Below, one piece after another: positions 62,188 through 64,000 of a stretch of 64,000 bases of DNA. Origin of the DNA: Felis catus (Eukaryota). The notes under the pieces were generated by a model, which was not told the DNA's origin, ran no database searches, and saw nothing but the letters and a program-made list of their open reading frames with translations. Where the stretch lies: positions 116,872,001 through 116,936,000 of the forward strand of contig NC_058373.1 of NCBI RefSeq assembly GCF_018350175.1, in the 5' to 3' direction. The position numbers were made by a program, and so were the translations under genes. The stretch's first letter is position 1. Every line of letters starts with the position of its first letter.

Positions 62188-63820
62188 GGGCAATCCCTAT
62201 TAAAACACCACCACCATTTTTCACAGAACTAGAACAAATAATCCTAAAATTTATTTGGAACCACAAAAGAACCCCAAACAGCCAAAGCAATCCTGAAAAA
62301 GAAAAATAAAACTGGAGGCATCACGATGCTGGATTTCAAGCTGTATTACAAAGCTGGGTCATCAAGACAATATGGTACTGGCATAAAAACAGACACATAG
62401 ATCAATGGAACAGGATAGAAAACAAGAAATGGACCCACAACTATATGGTCAACTAATCTTCGACAAAGCAGGAAAGAATATCCAGTGGGAAAAAGACAGT
62501 TTCTTCTACAAATGGTGTTGGGAAAACTGGACAGCTACCTGCAAAAGAATGAAACTGGGCCACTTTCTTACACCATACACAACAATAAATTCAAAATGGA
62601 TGAAAGACCTAAATGTGAGACAGGAAATGATCACAATTCTAGAGAACACAGGCAGCAATCTCTTTGATCTCTGCCAGAGCAACTTTTTACTAGACATGTC
62701 ACTGAAGGTAAGGGAAACAAAAGTAAACGTGAACTATTCGGACCTCATCAAGATAAAAAGCCCCTGCACAGCAAAGGAACAATCAACAAAACTAAAAGGC
62801 AGCACACTGAATGGGAGAAGATATTTGCAAATGACATATCAGATAAAGGGTTAGTATCCAAAATCTATAAAGAACTTAACAAATTCAACACCCCAAAAAT
62901 AAATAACCAAGTTAAGAAATGGGCTGAAGACATGAATAGACACTTTCCCAAAGAAGACTTTCAGATGGCTAACAGACACATGAAAAGATGCTCAATATCA
63001 CTCATCATCTGGGAAATACAAATCAAAACCACAGTGAGATACCACCTCCCACCCGTCAGAATGGCTAAAATTAACAACATAAGAAACAATAGGTATTGGT
63101 GAGGATGTGGAGAAAAGGGAACCCTGTTGCACTGTTGGGAATGCAAACTGGTACAGCCACTCTGGAGAACGGTATGGAGGCTCCTCAAAAAACTAAAAAT
63201 AGAACTACCTTATGACCCTGCAATTGCACTATTAGGTATTTACCCACAGAAGACAAAAACACAGTTTTGAAGGGTTACCTGCACCCCAATGTTTATAGCA
63301 ACATTATAGACAATAGACAATGGCCAAATTATGGAGAGAGCCCAAATGGTCATTGACTGACAAATGGATAAAGAAGATACGGTGTGTGTGTATATATATA
63401 AAGAATATTACTCAGCCATCAAAAAGAATGAAATCTTGCTATTTGCAATGATGTAGATGGAGCTATAATGCATTATGCTAAGTGAAATAAGCTATAATGC
63501 ATTATGCTAAGTGAAATAAGACAATACCATACGATTTCACTCATATGTGGAATTTAAGAAATAAAAACAGATGAACATATGAGAGGCGGAAGGAAAGAGA
63601 AGAGAGGGAAACAAACTACAAGAGACTCTTAATGATAGAAAAAAACTATGGGTTGCTGGAAGGAGGTGGGTGGGAGATGGGCTAGGTGGGTGATGGGTAC
63701 TAAGGAGGGCATTTGTTGGGATGAGCACTAGGTGTTGTATGTAAGTGACTAATCACTGAATTCTGTTCCCAAAACCAGTATAGGACTGTATGTTAACGAA
63801 CTAAAACTTAAATTAAAAAA
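62188..63820 (+). mobile_element. Younger 5'-truncated carnivore L1 (ORF2 C-terminal part + 3' UTR) inserted in an older L1 that resumes at ~63822
   Basis: ORF2 remnant [38 protein letters not shown]; 3' UTR like 56467-57120; host L1 continues gaaatttaagggacccagaat. Confidence 0.88.
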
Positions 63821-64000
63821 GTGAAATTTAAGGGACCCAGAATCATCAATCTTGAAAGAGAACAAAGTTTTGACAATGACTGATCTCAAAATTTACTATA
63901 AAATTATAGTAATCAAGACAGTGAAGTACTGATAAAGATAGACATAGAGGTCAACAGAATGAAAGTTAGAGGTGAACTGTCACTTTTTTAATCAACTGAT

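Overview
Mammalian genomic DNA, carnivore and very likely felid, judged from abundant CAN-SINEs of the young cat type and carnivore-type L1s. The only protein-coding gene is the 3' part of SIPA1L1 (SPAR1/E6TP1, a Rap GTPase-activating postsynaptic scaffold) on the + strand. Seven coding exons lie between 1634 and 24481, splice in frame to a ...VFNTIDMS* C-terminus, and are followed by a 3' UTR with proximal and distal poly(A) signals. The rest is intron or intergenic DNA dominated by transposons: two long oppositely oriented L1s, a full-length Tigger2-family and a full-length Tigger1 DNA transposon, more than 20 CAN-SINEs, an ERV solo LTR, and MER5/MIR/L2/MaLR relics. I see no convincing new gene system. 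The most unusual signals are: (i) a ~97%-identical, gap-free inverted copy of at least 295 bp of downstream intergenic DNA inside a SIPA1L1 intron ~45 kb away; (ii) a candidate truncating cryptic exon overlapping a near-consensus CTCF site; (iii) alternative splice sites around the last exons; (iv) a 25-bp micro-inversion next to a duplication-flanked 40-nt insert in an intronic L1; and (v) several nested or re-used insertion sites. Repeat subfamily names and gene identity come from recalled sequences, not database searches.
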